Below, piece after piece: positions 1-12,436 of a stretch of DNA of 64,000 nt; position 1 is the first letter of the stretch; each line of letters begins with the position of its first letter. The DNA is from Octopus vulgaris. Taxonomy: Eukaryota. The position numbers were made by a program, and so were the translations under genes. Under the pieces are notes generated by a model. The model had not been told where the DNA came from. It was given only the letters and a program-made list of their open reading frames with translations, and made no database searches. The DNA lies in contig OX597817.1 in the NCBI GenBank assembly GCA_951406725.2, positions 157,542,001 through 157,606,000 on the forward strand. Direction: 5' to 3'.

Positions 1-2655
1 TTTATGACCGAAACACCTAAGCTCTGGCAGAAGTTAATGGCGAACTTCTGCTGACTCTTTCACCACAACTTTTTTTCATTCTTTCCTCCTGCATCTTGCA
101 GCGCACCTGCAACAGACTGCTGTCCTGTCCAGGTGAGGAACCTATATGCTAAGGAAACCGGGAAACTGGCCCTTATGAGCCAGGCTTCGTTCAAGAAGGA
201 ACAAAAAATGTATTGCAAGAAACAGCTAGGATTTTTTCTGTAACATTATACATTGTTCAACCTACACAAGATAATGTGTGAAAAACAAAATAGGAATTTT
301 GAAACAAGTTTCTATAAAACTAGTTTTTAAGCATCGAATGGCTATGGGGTGGGGGTCCACCAGAATAAAATAGAAATCAAAAGGAGTCATAGATAAAAAA
401 TGGTTGAGAACCCCAGGTCTAGCTCATGCGAGCATGGATGAGTGGACATAAAGTGACTGAATGAATGAGGAACAACTTATATATATTTCTTTACTGCCCA
501 CAAGGGGCTAAACATAGAAGGAACAAACAAGGACAGATAAAGGGACCAAGTCCATTACATTGACCCCAGTGCAAAACTGGTACTTTTTTTACTGACCCCG
601 AAAGAATGAAAGGCAAAGTCGACCTCGGCGGAATTTGAACTCAGAACGTAGTGGCAGACGAAATACCTATTTCTTTACTGCCCACAAGGGGCTAAACATA
701 GAGGGAACAAACAAGGACAGATAAAGGGACCAAGTCCATTACATTGACCCCAGTGCGAAACTGGTACTTTTTTTACTGACCCCGAAAGGATGAAAGGCAA
801 AGTCGACCTCAGTGGAATTTGAACTCAGAACGTAGCGACAGATGAAATACTGCTAAGCATTTCGCCTGGTGTGCTAACGTTTCTGCCAGCTCACCGCCTT
901 ATGAATGAATGAAATACTTATATAATGAAAACTATAGTACAGAGGGTTAACAGAGAAATTTACAGGAAATCTAAAAAAAAAAAGAACAGCACAATGAACA
1001 CAAACCCATTCAAGCTCTCAGCAGTTGCTGACCAAAAATGACCATCATTCATATATTTATTAATACTAAGTATGATGGATGAGCTCAGTATTTCAGTAGG
1101 CCTAGTGAGAATAACCAAGCTCACATCATCAAAGACAGTTAAATCAGAGGTGTATGTATGCATATTTGTGTGAGTGAGGGTTCATTACTATGCTTGCGGG
1201 GTTTGGTTTTCGCAGCGACATGTCATTGGGTTTATGTCTAATGTTAACTGTGGTCTGTGTGTGTGTGTAGTGGTATATAGTTATATGTACATAGTATGTC
1301 TTTATTGATTTATAGTCGTAACGTTGTTGGTGTGGAATATACGGCTAAACATATATGTTTGTGTAATGTATGTTGCTACTTATATGCTACATATGAGGGC
1401 CGATGAATGAGCAAGTGTTAATATGTGTGCACATGCTTTTAAATGCATGCAAGGTGTGCAGGGATTGGTGAGAATCATCCAGTTGACTGGTAAGTATGTG
1501 TTTATATATATGTATGTGTTTGTGTGTTTCTAGGCTTAAGTACCAAGAGAAGTGAAAATGGTTACTTGTGTATGAAGTGGGAAAGAGGTTAGATAAATGG
1601 CATATGTGTGTATGTGTACTTAGTGTGTGTTTTGTGCATGAGTATATTAGTACATGGATGTGTACCATATATACTAGACCTATAAGTCACACTTTTTCTC
1701 CCTGAAATTTTCACTAGCATTGGTTATCAAGTGATGTTAGGGGGACAAACACAGACACACAAATGTATAGACACATATATACATATATACGATGGGCTTC
1801 TTTCAGTTTCTGTCTACCAAATCCACTCACAAGGCTTTGGTTGGCCCGAGGCTATAGTAGAAGACACTTGCCCAAGGTACCATGCAGTGGGACTGAACCC
1901 ACAACCATATGGTTGGTAAGCAAGCTACTTACCACAGCATCCTATAAAAAAATTTTCAGATATTTTCTATTTACAAGCCACATCTGAAGTTCCAACACTA
2001 GGAATAACCAAAAATGATAAAATAATTTTACATTATAAACAATGGTTTCTTGAATGCATGGACTTAGTGGGAGAACGGTTGTTGTAAGTCATCTTCATCT
2101 TACCGAAAGCTCGGTTACTGAACAACAACTATGTCGGCATGATTCCTAATGGAACTTTGCTCTCCAACATCAAAAAAGTCGCTGAAACTTTTAGTCAGGT
2201 CAATGATAAAATTCCCAATTTGAACCTTGTAAGTCAGGGGTGCATCTTAAAAGTGAGGGTGCTTTATAGTCAAGTATATATGGTACGTCATAATCATCAT
2301 CATCATTTTAATGTCCACTTTTCCATGCTTGCTTGAATCAGAGTTTACAGAAGCAAATTTTCTATGGTTGGATGCCCTTCCTGTATACCAACCCTCACCT
2401 GTTTCCAAATAAAGTAATATTTCGTCATGGCTGGATGTGTTTATGTAGAATATTACTCTTTTACTTGTTTCAGTCATTTGACTGTGGCCATGCTGGAGCA
2501 CCACATTTAGTTGAGCAAATTGACCACAGGACTTATTCTTTGGAAGCCTAGTACTTATTCTATCAGTCTCTTTTGCTGAACTGCTAAGTTACAGGGAGTA
2601 AACACACCACCATCGGTTGTCAAGCGATGTTGGGGGGACAAACACAGACACACAA

Positions 2656-2700
<45 letters not shown>

Positions 2701-4409
2701 CATATATACACATATATACGACAGGCTTCTTTCAGTTTCCATCTACCAAATCTACTCACAAGGCTTTAGTAGAAAACACTTGTCCAAGGTGCCACACAGT
2801 GGGAATGAACCCAGAACCATGTGGTTGGTAAGCAATCTACTTACCACACAGCCACTCCTGTGCCTAATATTGGAAATGAATAACATTCACTTATGACAAT
2901 CACACAATTTCAAGACAAGGAGACACAAACACAAGCACACACACAATGGGCTTCTTGCAGTTTCCGTCAAGTCCACTCACAAGGCTTTGGTTAGCCTGGT
3001 GTTATCGTAGAAGACACTTGTCCAAGGTGCCATGAACTGTGACTGAACCCAAAACCACGTGGTTGGGAAGAGAGCTTTTCAACCACATAGTCACTCTCTG
3101 CACCTCACAGCCACACCTCTGGGCTTATATTGCATTAATTGGTATGTGCAGGTGTGTGCGCTTGTACGTGCAGGTGTTGCTGTGACATGGATTGATCAAA
3201 AATATGTAAAGAAGGAACAAGGCTGAAGATTACATCATCATCATCATCGTTTAACGTCCGCTTTCCATGCTAGCATGGGCTGAACAATTTTGACTGAGGA
3301 CTGGTGAGCCAGATGGCTGCACCAGGCTTCAATCTTAATCTGGCAGTGTTCCTACAGCTGGATGCCCTTCCTAACGCCAACCACTCCAAGACTGTTGTGG
3401 GTGCTTTTTACATGCCACTGGCACAGGGGCGAGTCAGGCGGTACTGGCAATGACCTTGCTTGAATCTTTTTACACATGCCACCGGCACAGGTGCCACTAA
3501 GGCGACACTGGTAAGGATCACACTTGAATGGTGTCTTTTACATATTTGATTATGTGTATGTATGCATGTTTGTTTGCTTGTGTGTGTATGTATGCATGTT
3601 TGTTTGTGTGTGTCTGAGTGTGCACGCATGCTCTTTCCCATGTGTCTGGGTTTATGTCATTGTCTCAGTTTTCCAGATGCCAGCGTTGGTGAGCATCTGT
3701 ATGTACACAGGGTGTGTTTGTATGTGTGAATGATTCATTGTACTGGTTTATGCTTATAAATATTTCCACTCCACCCAAAAGAAGTATCAAATGATCCTTC
3801 TTGTCTAATGATGGTAATACTATACACACAGACACAAAGACAGGCAAATAGATACATACAGATAACGTATACATAACTTCTTATGTTTTACATGTTGCAG
3901 TCATTGGACTGCAGCTATGCTGGGGGAATCACCTTGAACTATTTTAATCGATCAAATCGCCCCAAGTATTTTTTTTTCTTTTAAAGTTTGGTACTTATTC
4001 TATCGGTCTCTTTTGCCAAGCCACTAAGTTATAGGAATATAAACAAAACCAACACCAGTTGTCAAGCAGTGAAAGGGAAGTCAAACACAAATACATCTGG
4101 AAATTGTAGTTAAGATACCTGTGCTGGTGACACATAAGAAGCACTGTCCGAACATGGCAGATGCCAGCGTCGCCTGACTGGCAACTGTGTTAGTGACACG
4201 TAAAAGCACCAACCGATCGTGGCTATTTGCCAGCCCCCTCTGGCCCCTGTGCCAGTGGCACGTAAAAAGCACCCACTACACTCAAGGAGTGGTTGGCATT
4301 AGGAAGGGCATCCAGCTGTAGAAACACTGCCAGATCAGACTGGAGCCTGGTGCAGCCTCCTGGCTTCCCAGACCTTGGTCGAACCATCCACGATGATGAT
4401 GCATATATA

Positions 4410-4629
4410 CAGGATTTTCAAAAAGTCTGTCTGCAGTGAATTTTTTTCCATCCTGCGCATCACCATGGCGCTACTTCAAGAGTTTTTCGGTGAACGGATT
4501 ATTTCAAAAGGACTTTGGCCACCAAGATCGCTTGATTTAACACTGCCATACTTTTTTTCTTCTGGGGAGCAAGTAAAGGATCAGTGTACAACCATTAAAT
4601 ACTTACTGCATAGAGACATTTTGAACACC
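4410..4629 (+). mobile_element. Internally deleted Tc1/mariner transposon remnant
   Basis: Encodes LQEFFGERIISKGLWPPRSLDLT..FF/LWG, matching the WPPRSPDL..FFLWG motif of Tc1/mariner transposases. TIR-like ends TA|CAGGATTTTCAAAAAGTCT ... AGACATTTTGAACACC. Confidence 0.75.
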
Positions 4630-4667
4630 ATATATATATATATATATATATATTATTATATAGAAGG

Positions 4668-4717
4668 AGCTTCTACAGGACTAGAACTGTTTCATTCAAA
4701 GAAATCATCAGGAAGCT
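4668..4717 (-). ncRNA. Type I hammerhead ribozyme motif, exact inverted copy of 4750-4799
   Basis: Lies in the left arm of the perfect 77-bp inverted repeat 4653-4729/4738-4814. Confidence 0.75.
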
Positions 4718-4749
4718 AGTTGACAAGAGTTGTTTTTCTCTTGTCAACT

Positions 4750-4799
4750 AGCTTCCTGATGATTTCTTTGAATGAAACAGTTCTAGTCCTGTAGAAGCT
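4750..4799 (+). ncRNA. Type I hammerhead ribozyme motif, canonical core
   Basis: Stem I AGCTTC/GAAGCT; CTGATGA 4756-4762; short stem II TTC/GAA; GAAA 4774-4777; stem III ACAG/CTGT; GUA cleavage triplet 4791-4793. Confidence 0.75.
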
Positions 4800-4913
4800 C
4801 CTTCTATATAATAAGTTAATTTACTCTGCTATGTATTGAGTACCTTATTTACTGTGGTTAACCCCGACTCAACCCGGGACCTACATATATATATATATAT
4901 ATGTGTGTGTGTA

Positions 4914-4955
<42 letters not shown>

Positions 4956-5120
4956 TGCCATATAAAGAGAACCCAGTATGTTTTGTGGAGTGGTTGGCAT
5001 TAGGAAGGGCATCCAGCCATATAAACCAAGCCAAAACAGACTATGGAACCTGTCAAGCCATCCACCCCATGCCTGCATGAAAAACGGACATAAAATGTTG
5101 ATGATGATGAATATGATATA

Positions 5121-5522
5121 TCTTTATATATAAAAGTGAAGTTGTGTGAGTGTCTGTCTCCTACGATTTAGATTCCTAACTACTCCCACATTTTGCGGTG
5201 CAGTTTAACCAAAACCGGGTGTCTTATAGTCGTGATTCATATTGAGCCCTTCTGGGTATTAGCGCGCGTCTACGATGAGTCTACGATTTAAAAAAAAATT
5301 TACCATCATATTTTTCCATTTTAATGCATTTTTTCGCTATTATATAAGGGAAGTAACTCTCTAAAAATGTCTACAATGAGTCAACGATTTTTAAAAAAAA
5401 TTACCATCGTTTTTTTTCCCATTTTTAATGCATTTTTTTGCTATTTTTTGGCTATAACTCTCTAAAAATGCTTATATAGTTATTTCCCTTACAAACCCGA
5501 GCAACGCCGGGCGATACTGCAA

Positions 5523-5523
<1 letters not shown>
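5121..5523 (+). mobile_element. Non-autonomous Helitron
   Basis: 5' A|TCTTTATATATAAA; 3' GC-rich hairpin CCCGAGCAACGCCGGG followed by a CTAG-like end (CAAG|T); internal tandem duplication. Confidence 0.7.
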
Positions 5524-5560
<37 letters not shown>

Positions 5561-6686
5561 TACTGTAATGTCGGTCTGTACTTACATCAAGGCCAAATGG
5601 TTGGGTCGATCTGCATGAAACTTTATAGGGGTTTCAAAGGGGATCTCTAGGATGGTTTATATTTAGGTTTAATCCCTCCCACACTCCCTATTTTTAGAGA
5701 AATTCTATCGATGTAACTTTGGCACCCGGAGATAACTTTGGTAGAATGAATAGAGTAGCCTATACCCTCCTAAAGGGACATGCTTGACCTCCTCCTTCTT
5801 CCCCTGCCCCTGTCCCACAACAATCCCCCTACCTGAGTAATACCATCAATTGAGGCAAATTTGGCACCCGGAGGTAAGTGTTGTAAGAGGAATAGAGAGG
5901 CCTATCTTCTGCAGAGATCAGTCTGACCGCCTCTTCCTTCCCCCTGCCCTATCCAACCCCTTCTCCCTCTATTGAGTAATATTGTCGAATTAAGTAACTT
6001 TGGCAACCTGGGCCTCCAACACTGAGTGTGAGAATCAGATCTCTCCTTTTGAACACATGAACAGTTCGAAACAGTGTTTACAAAATAATAGCTGATCGTT
6101 TGCGAAGGGGCGTGTCCACAGTCAACACTTAAGATTTTTGCTCTGGTAACTTTTCCTGCTATGTATCATACTACAATGTATAAAACAGTGAATGACATGA
6201 TATGCATGCATTATACTACACGTTAATTAGAATGTGACAAAAGACTTTTTTACGTTGTTCATTTATTATTTTATTCATGTCAGGAGTGGCTGTGTGGTAA
6301 GTAGCTTGTTTACCAACCACATGGTTTCGGGTTCAGTCCCACTGCGTGGCACCTTGGGCAAGTGTCTTCTACTATAGCCTCAGACCGACCAAAGCCTTGT
6401 CAGTGGATTTGGTAGACGGAAACTGAAAGAAGCCCGTCATATATATGTATATATATATGTATGTGTGTGTGTTTGTGTGTCTGTGTTTGTCCCCCTAGCA
6501 TTGCTTGACAATCGATGCTGGTGTGTTTATGTCCCCGTTACTTAGCGGTTCGGCAAAAGAGACCGATAGAATAAGTACTGGGCTTACAAAAGTATAAGTC
6601 CCGGGGTTGAGTTGCTTGATTAAAGGTGGTGCTCCAGCATGGCTGCAGTCAAATGACTGAAACAAGTATAAGAGAGAAAAGAGATC

Positions 6687-6930
6687 ATGACACCAAAACG
6701 GAAGTCGTCAATTGGGAGAAAAACAAGAAATGCTGCTTCTACCAGTAGGACTTGGTCGGATGAAGCATACAGACAAGCCGAACAAGAAATACAGAAGCAT
6801 GGAGTGCTAAGCGCCAAAATATAGAAGTGAGAGACTCTGAGCAACAAAGAAATACCTCGGCATGTCGATCACGTAGGCTAAATCTGGCTGTCAGAGATGC
6901 AGAACAAGAGGAAAATACTGCAGCATGTCG
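6687..6930 (+). pseudogene. Frameshifted N-terminal fragment of a Helitron-like protein
   Basis: MTPKRKSSIGRKTRNAAST...YRQAEQE / NTEAWSAKRQNIEVRDSEQQRNTSACRSRRLNLAVRDAEQEENTAACR: basic N-terminus plus ~23-aa R..EQ..NT repeats. 5560-6280 may be its 5' non-coding part. Confidence 0.45.
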
Positions 6931-9204
6931 GGTGTTTATTGAGTGAAAACACCTAAAGCTCCACGAGGCTCCGGCAGGGGATGGTGGTGATGATCCCTGC
7001 TGTACTCTTTCACCACAACTTTCTCTCACTCTTACTTCCTGTTTTCTCTTGTGCCTGTAATTCAAAGGGCCAGCCTTGTCACACTGTGTCACGCTGAATA
7101 TCCCCGAGAACTACAATAAGGGTACATGTGTCTGTGGAGTGCTCAGCCACTTGCACGTTAATTTCACGAGCAGGCTGTTCTGTTGATTCGGATCAACTGG
7201 AACCCTTGTTGTCGTAAGCAATGGAGTGCCAACAATAATTATAGTGGTTTCAAATTGTGGCACAAGGCCAGCAATTTCAAGGGAGGGGTTAAGTTGATTA
7301 CATCAACCCCCAGTGCTCAACTGGTACTTATTTTATTGGCTCCAAAAGAATGAAAGGCAAAGCTGACCTCAGCAGAATTTGAACTCGAAATGTAAAGGTA
7401 GATGAAATGCTGCTAAGCATTTTGTCTGGTATGCTAACAATTTGGCCAGCTCGTTACCTTAATCATCATCATTATTTAATGTCCGCTTTCCATGCTGGTA
7501 TGGGTTGGACAGTTTGACTGAGGACTGGAAAGCCAGGAGGCTGTGCCAGGCTCCAGTCTGTTCCAGCAAGGTTTCTACAGCTGGATGCCCTTCCTAATGC
7601 CAACCATTCCGAGTGTAGTGGGTGCATTTTATATGCCACTGGCATGGGGGCCAGTCAGGTGGCACTGGCATCAACCACTCTCACGTGGTGCTTTTTACGT
7701 GCCACTGGCACAGGAGCCAGTCAAGAGACACCGGCATCAACCACTCTCACGTGGTGCTTTTTACACGCCACCGGCACAAGAGCCAGTCAGTCGGTCCTTT
7801 CTACTAAAAGCACAAGGGTTGAAATTTTGGGGAAGGGAACTAGTTAGTGTTTCACTGGTACTTAATTTATTGACTCTGAAAGCAAAACCAACCCCTGTGG
7901 ATTTTGACCTTGGAACGTAGTGACGGGTGAAATACAGCTAAGCATTTCGTCCAGTATGCTAATGATTTTAACAATCCTTTCTACTATAGGCACAAGGCCC
8001 ACAATTTTGGGGAAGGGGATAATCAATTAGATCAACACCAATGCTCAACCATGATTTCACTGATCCTGAAAGAGTGAAAGCAGAAGTTGAACAGAGAAAG
8101 TAAAGATGGACAAAATGATGCTACACGTTTTGCCCAGCATGCTAACATTTCTGTCCACCTGAGTAGTAGTAGCAGAAGTAGTAGTAGTAGTAGTAGTAAT
8201 GGTGATGTAATTACATGAATGTATGTTGGATTTCTGGAAAATTACGCTCTAAATATGAACATTCTCTATCAGAGATACTGTGAATAACAAAAATATCTCT
8301 GATATTTGTGAATAATGAAAAATATCAAATAATGAAATTATTAGAATAACTATTATATTATCTTTAGCTCTGAATACATTATGTGGATTTTAACAGGAGA
8401 GATGCTAAATCACAGGAGATGAAATTTTAAAGAAAACTTTCAATGCAACAAATATTTTTTTCTTAATATTTTTGCTTTCTAAAAGTATAATTAGTTTTAT
8501 TCTAAAAGCAGGGAATGCATGAGCATTTATATCAATACAGTATTAGACTTTAGACTCTAAATTTAGAAGGTTTTTACAAGACAACACAAAGAGACTAGCT
8601 GTTAATAGAATCAATTTGCCACACATATCATCATCATCGTTTAACGTCCGTTCTCCATGCTAGCATGGGTTGGACGGTTCGACCGGGGATCTGGGAAGCC
8701 AGAAGGCTGCACCAGGCTCCGGTCTTATCTGGCAATGTTTCTACAGCTGGATGCCCTTCCTAACGCCAACCACTCCGTGAGTGTAGTGGGTGCTTTTTAC
8801 GTGCCACCTGCACTGGTGCCAGGCGAGGCTGGCATCGGCCACGGTCGGATTGGTGCATTTTACGTGCCACCTGCACGGAAGCCAGTCGAGGCGGCGCTGG
8901 CATCGGCCACGATTCGGATAGTGCTAGATATATATATGTGTGTGTGTGTGTGAAGGCACATGGTTTAGTGGTTAAGGTGTTGTGAGATCATGGGTTTGAT
9001 TCCCAGACTGGGCTTTGTGTTGCGTTCTTGAGCAAAGCACTTCGTTTTCACGTTGCTCTGTCGATACAAAGGAGAAGCAAACATAGAAAGATATTTCCAA
9101 CTAATTTTTTTCAACTGAAATGAGAAAAAATTTATTAAATTCCCTAGTTTTAATCTGCAGTGAACAAGACAATAATGCTTAAAAATTTTGACACTAGTCA
9201 GTCC

Positions 9205-9836
9205 ACCTGTGCATACCTTCCTTCTTGTGACACTTGTGAAGACCTGTTGAGGCAAGTGAAAATCAAACCAAATCAAAATAGATGAACATCAATGGAATTT
9301 GTATCTTTGTGGTACCAGTGCCGGTGGTACATAAGAAAACCATACAAACGTGGCCGTAGCCAGTACCGCATTGACTGGCCTCTGTGCTGTGGGCACGTAA
9401 CAAACACCATCCGATCGTGGCCGTTCGCTAGCCTCGTCTGGCACCTGTGTCTGTGGCACATAAAAAACACCATCCAAGCGTGGCTGTTCGCCAGCCTCGT
9501 CTGGCACCTGTGTCGGTGGCACATAAAAAACACCATTCGAGTGTGGCCGTCTGCCAGCCTCGTCTGGCACCTGTGTCGGTGGCACATAAAAAACACCATC
9601 CAAGCGTGGCCGTTCGCCAGCCTCGTCTGGCACCTGTGTCGGTGGCACATAAAATCACCCACTACACTCTTGGAGTGGTTGGCGTTAGGAAGGGCATCCA
9701 GCTGTAGAAACACTGCCAGATCTGACTGGCCTGGTGCAGCCTTCGGGCTCCCCAGACCCCAGTTGAACCGTCCAACCCATGCTAGCATGGAAAGCGGACG
9801 TTAAACAATGATGATGATGATGATGATGATGATGAT
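9205..9836 (+). mobile_element. SINE family C with internal minisatellite and (GAT)n tail (representative copy)
   Basis: 3' block GTTGGCGTTAGGAAGGGCATCCAGCTGTAGAAA...GGACGTTAAA(CGATGAT)n; four 63-bp internal units. Other copies ~3234-3545, 4096-4400, 7462-7790, 8627-8925, 17355-17902, 19179-19550, 21217-21440, 27190-27710, 36174-36740, 42025-42210, 47620-47920, 53262-53605, 61418-61842, 62327-62690. Confidence 0.85.
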
Positions 9837-10138
9837 CAGCAATTTTAGAAGTAAGGGGTATGTCAATTACATTGATTTCAGAGTTCAACTGGTACTTATC
9901 TAATTGACTCCAAAAAGGAGGAAGAGCAAAGTTAATTTGAACTCAAAACAGGGAAAGCTGGAAGAAATGCCATTAAGCATCTTGTCTGACATGGTAACAA
10001 CTTTGCTAAATGATAATTCTTTAACTCTTTTGATAACAATTCACCTAAGACCTGTGATAAAAACATTCCATTTTAAAGTGTTCTAAATTAAAACATTCCA
10101 TTGAAATTTTATGTTATGTTCGAAACACCAGATAAGTA

Positions 10139-10424
10139 TTTCGTTTTTGGATTTGGTTTGCAAGATTCTTTATATGAGTTTGTGTGTTGAAGCATATTCT
10201 ACTGTGTCTGGAGAGAGCCATTTTCTTTTTGTGCCTTATAATTTAACACACTCAACAGTAAAATTTCCACTTATTTCTTATTTTTATTTTCCTAAAATTT
10301 TTGTTGCATCTTGCAACCTTTTCAATAGTCAAGACTATAAAAATAAAAATAAGAAATAAGTGGAAATTTTACTGTTGAGTGTGTTACATTATAAGGCACA
10401 AAAAGAAAATGACTCTCCCCAGAC
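10139..10424. mobile_element. Fold-back Penelope-like element with 14-bp target-site duplication
   Basis: Arms ~10203-10290 / 10339-10427; direct repeat ACACCAGATAAGTA at 10125-10138 and 10425-10438; same family as 41465-41665 and 51177-51439. Confidence 0.7.
10292..10328 (-). ncRNA. Minimal hammerhead motif, U3-A8 variant, G12 mutated
   Basis: Minus strand CTA TTGAAAA G GTTGCA AGA TGCAAC AAAA ATT T TAG; 6-bp stem II. Confidence 0.5.
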
Positions 10425-10778
10425 ACACCAGATAAGTAACAAACGACAAAATTATTTTCCTAAATTCTTCATTATTAGCAATATTAATTTAAACAAATTC
10501 TGTGTTTTTTCAACAGAATTATGGTAATGAAAAGACTAAGGGACAATTAAGTAGTAAACTTATGTAGTTGGCATAATTTGTTATCAAAAAGGACTCAACA
10601 TTATTAATAAAAATACTAAAATTTGAAAAAATTTCTTAAATCATTATCATTCTCCCCAGTTCAACCCTGAACCAAGAGAGCTATAAAGAAAGGCATTCAC
10701 TATGCTTATCCTGTTGTTCTTTTACCAAACACAAGGTCGTTATCTCAGACCACATTGCATCGTTTCTTTATCAGAAGA

Positions 10779-11148
10779 CTAGCAGTATCGCCCAGCATTG
10801 CTCGGGTTTGTTTCAACCCTTTAGAATTGGAATTTTTGAAAAATAAAAAGTTTGCATTATGTAGCTTGTTATTCACTTTAAGTGAACATTTTTTTGGTTG
10901 AAATACACCAAAAGATGGCAACACAGCAGTAAACAAATCGTAAAAAAAAGCACCATTTTGATGTAAATAATTTTTGGTGTTAACATGGTCCGATTTGAAT
11001 TTTATCCTCTACGGAATGAAGAGCAAGCCTTCTTCTATCATATTCTCAATTTTGATCAACTTGTGCTGCAGGGTCTCGGAGGAGATAGTGTTAGTTGAAG
11101 GCTACCAAACTTGGCACACACAGACAACTTCAGCTTTATATATATAGA
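10779..11148 (-). mobile_element. Non-autonomous Helitron
   Basis: Minus strand TCTATATATATAAAGCTG ... CCCGAGCAATGCTGGGCGATACTGCTAG|T; homologous to 28991-29389 and 33571-33969. Confidence 0.78.
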
Positions 11149-11334
11149 TTATAGTGCATGTTTCGAAAGGACATTTGGCTGCAACTTTTAACAGGTTGGA
11201 CTATACCGCATAGACTTTCACTTCCTTGTTCATTTGCAGAATAAAAAATGTGGAGGAAAAAGAGCAAACAAAAACAAAACAATAAACAAATTATTTGAAC
11301 AATAAATAGCATATTTCATCTTCATTAGAAGTAT

Positions 11335-11340
11335 TTTATT
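11335..11340 (-). promoter_or_regulatory. Candidate polyadenylation signal (AAUAAA) for the PKI mRNA
   Basis: Plus-strand tttatt. Downstream on the minus strand is a GU/U-rich tract (plus aaaacaaaacaataaacaaa, ~11270-11290). Much of 11300-14700 is U-rich on the minus strand, as in a 3' UTR. Confidence 0.35.
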
Positions 11341-11941
11341 CATTGTATCAGTTCAGCTCAATCTGTCATCATATCAAACCATAGTTCACCACAGTTACCC
11401 AGCAGGAGCCATGTACAGCTCAGATGAAAGCAGACAGTTCAGTGTTTCAGAAAATATCACATTCAATTGAATAAAATCAACCACACTCAATTTAAACGGC
11501 TAAAATATTAATACAGTTAATTAATAATAAAATATATATAAATAAGTCCTTCGGATAATGATAAAGTTTCCCATTCAGAATTTCTCATGCTATCTATGTC
11601 TTGTTTTAGAAATATTTTCTTTCAAAAATTGCTTGATGTCTAAAATTTATTTCAATTACTAAAAATTACAAAGTATATGACATAATTTATTTCATATCTA
11701 TACATGAATGTGTGTATGCACATACATACTCACACACACATACAAATTTACATATATAAAATACATAACATTATATATATGTATATGTGTGTATGCGTTT
11801 GTGGAATTCATACATATGTGTGTGTATATATTATATATATATATATAAATAAAACAATTCCCTCAAAATTGGATGCAATACATCCAATTTTCAATAGTAC
11901 TTCAGTTGAATACCACAAATAAAAGGGTATAATTACAATAT

Positions 11942-12142
11942 ACAAATATTAAAAGAAATGGAGAAATACAATTGACTTACTAAGAATTTATTTATATTAT
12001 AATATAATATACTATATAAAAAGATATATCTTTTTATATAGTATATACATAATATATAGTATATATATATATATATATATATTATAATGTAAATAAATTC
12101 TTAGCAAGTCAATTGTATTTCTCCATTTCCTTTAATATTTGT
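11942..12142. repeat. Long inverted repeat (~65-bp arms) around a perfect 38-bp AT palindrome
   Basis: Arms 11942-12006 / 12078-12142 with 3 mismatches; inner palindrome tatactatataaaaagatatatctttttatatagtata at 12008-12045. Confidence 0.85.
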
Positions 12143-12148
12143 GTATGT

Positions 12149-12190
<42 letters not shown>

Positions 12191-12222
12191 ACACTTTATT
12201 AAAAAGCAGGAAAATATCACAA

Positions 12223-12266
12223 AAACTGTTACTCAGAGTTTCACGTTCCCATTCGTTGGACAGTTT
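12223..12266 (-). ncRNA. Type I hammerhead fold with degenerate core (CCAACGA)
   Basis: Minus strand reads AAACTGT-CCAACGA-ATG GGAA CGT-GAA-ACTC T GAGT-A-ACAGTTT. Stem I is 7 bp and extends to ~12213/12274; GUA triplet present; two core substitutions relative to CUGANGA. Confidence 0.6.
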
Positions 12267-12372
12267 GTGATATTACTCTGCCTCTGGTATTCGAGTACTA
12301 TTTTTTCCACCTTGTTTTGCATTTATGTGGTATATATATGTGGTATATTTATGTGGTATATATATACTGTGG

Positions 12373-12436
<64 letters not shown>

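Larger units (their letters stand above)
4653..4884. mobile_element. Head-to-head fold-back element, probably a non-autonomous Penelope-like retroelement, inserted in (TA)n
   Basis: 77-bp perfect arms with an 8-nt loop; hammerhead in each arm; right arm extends further to ~4884; TA repeats on both sides. Confidence 0.65.

Noticed and set aside
9273-9804. Repetitive 170-aa ORFs and CRISPR-like periodicity
   Set aside because: Tandem units inside a SINE, with no unique spacers, no cas genes and a eukaryotic context.
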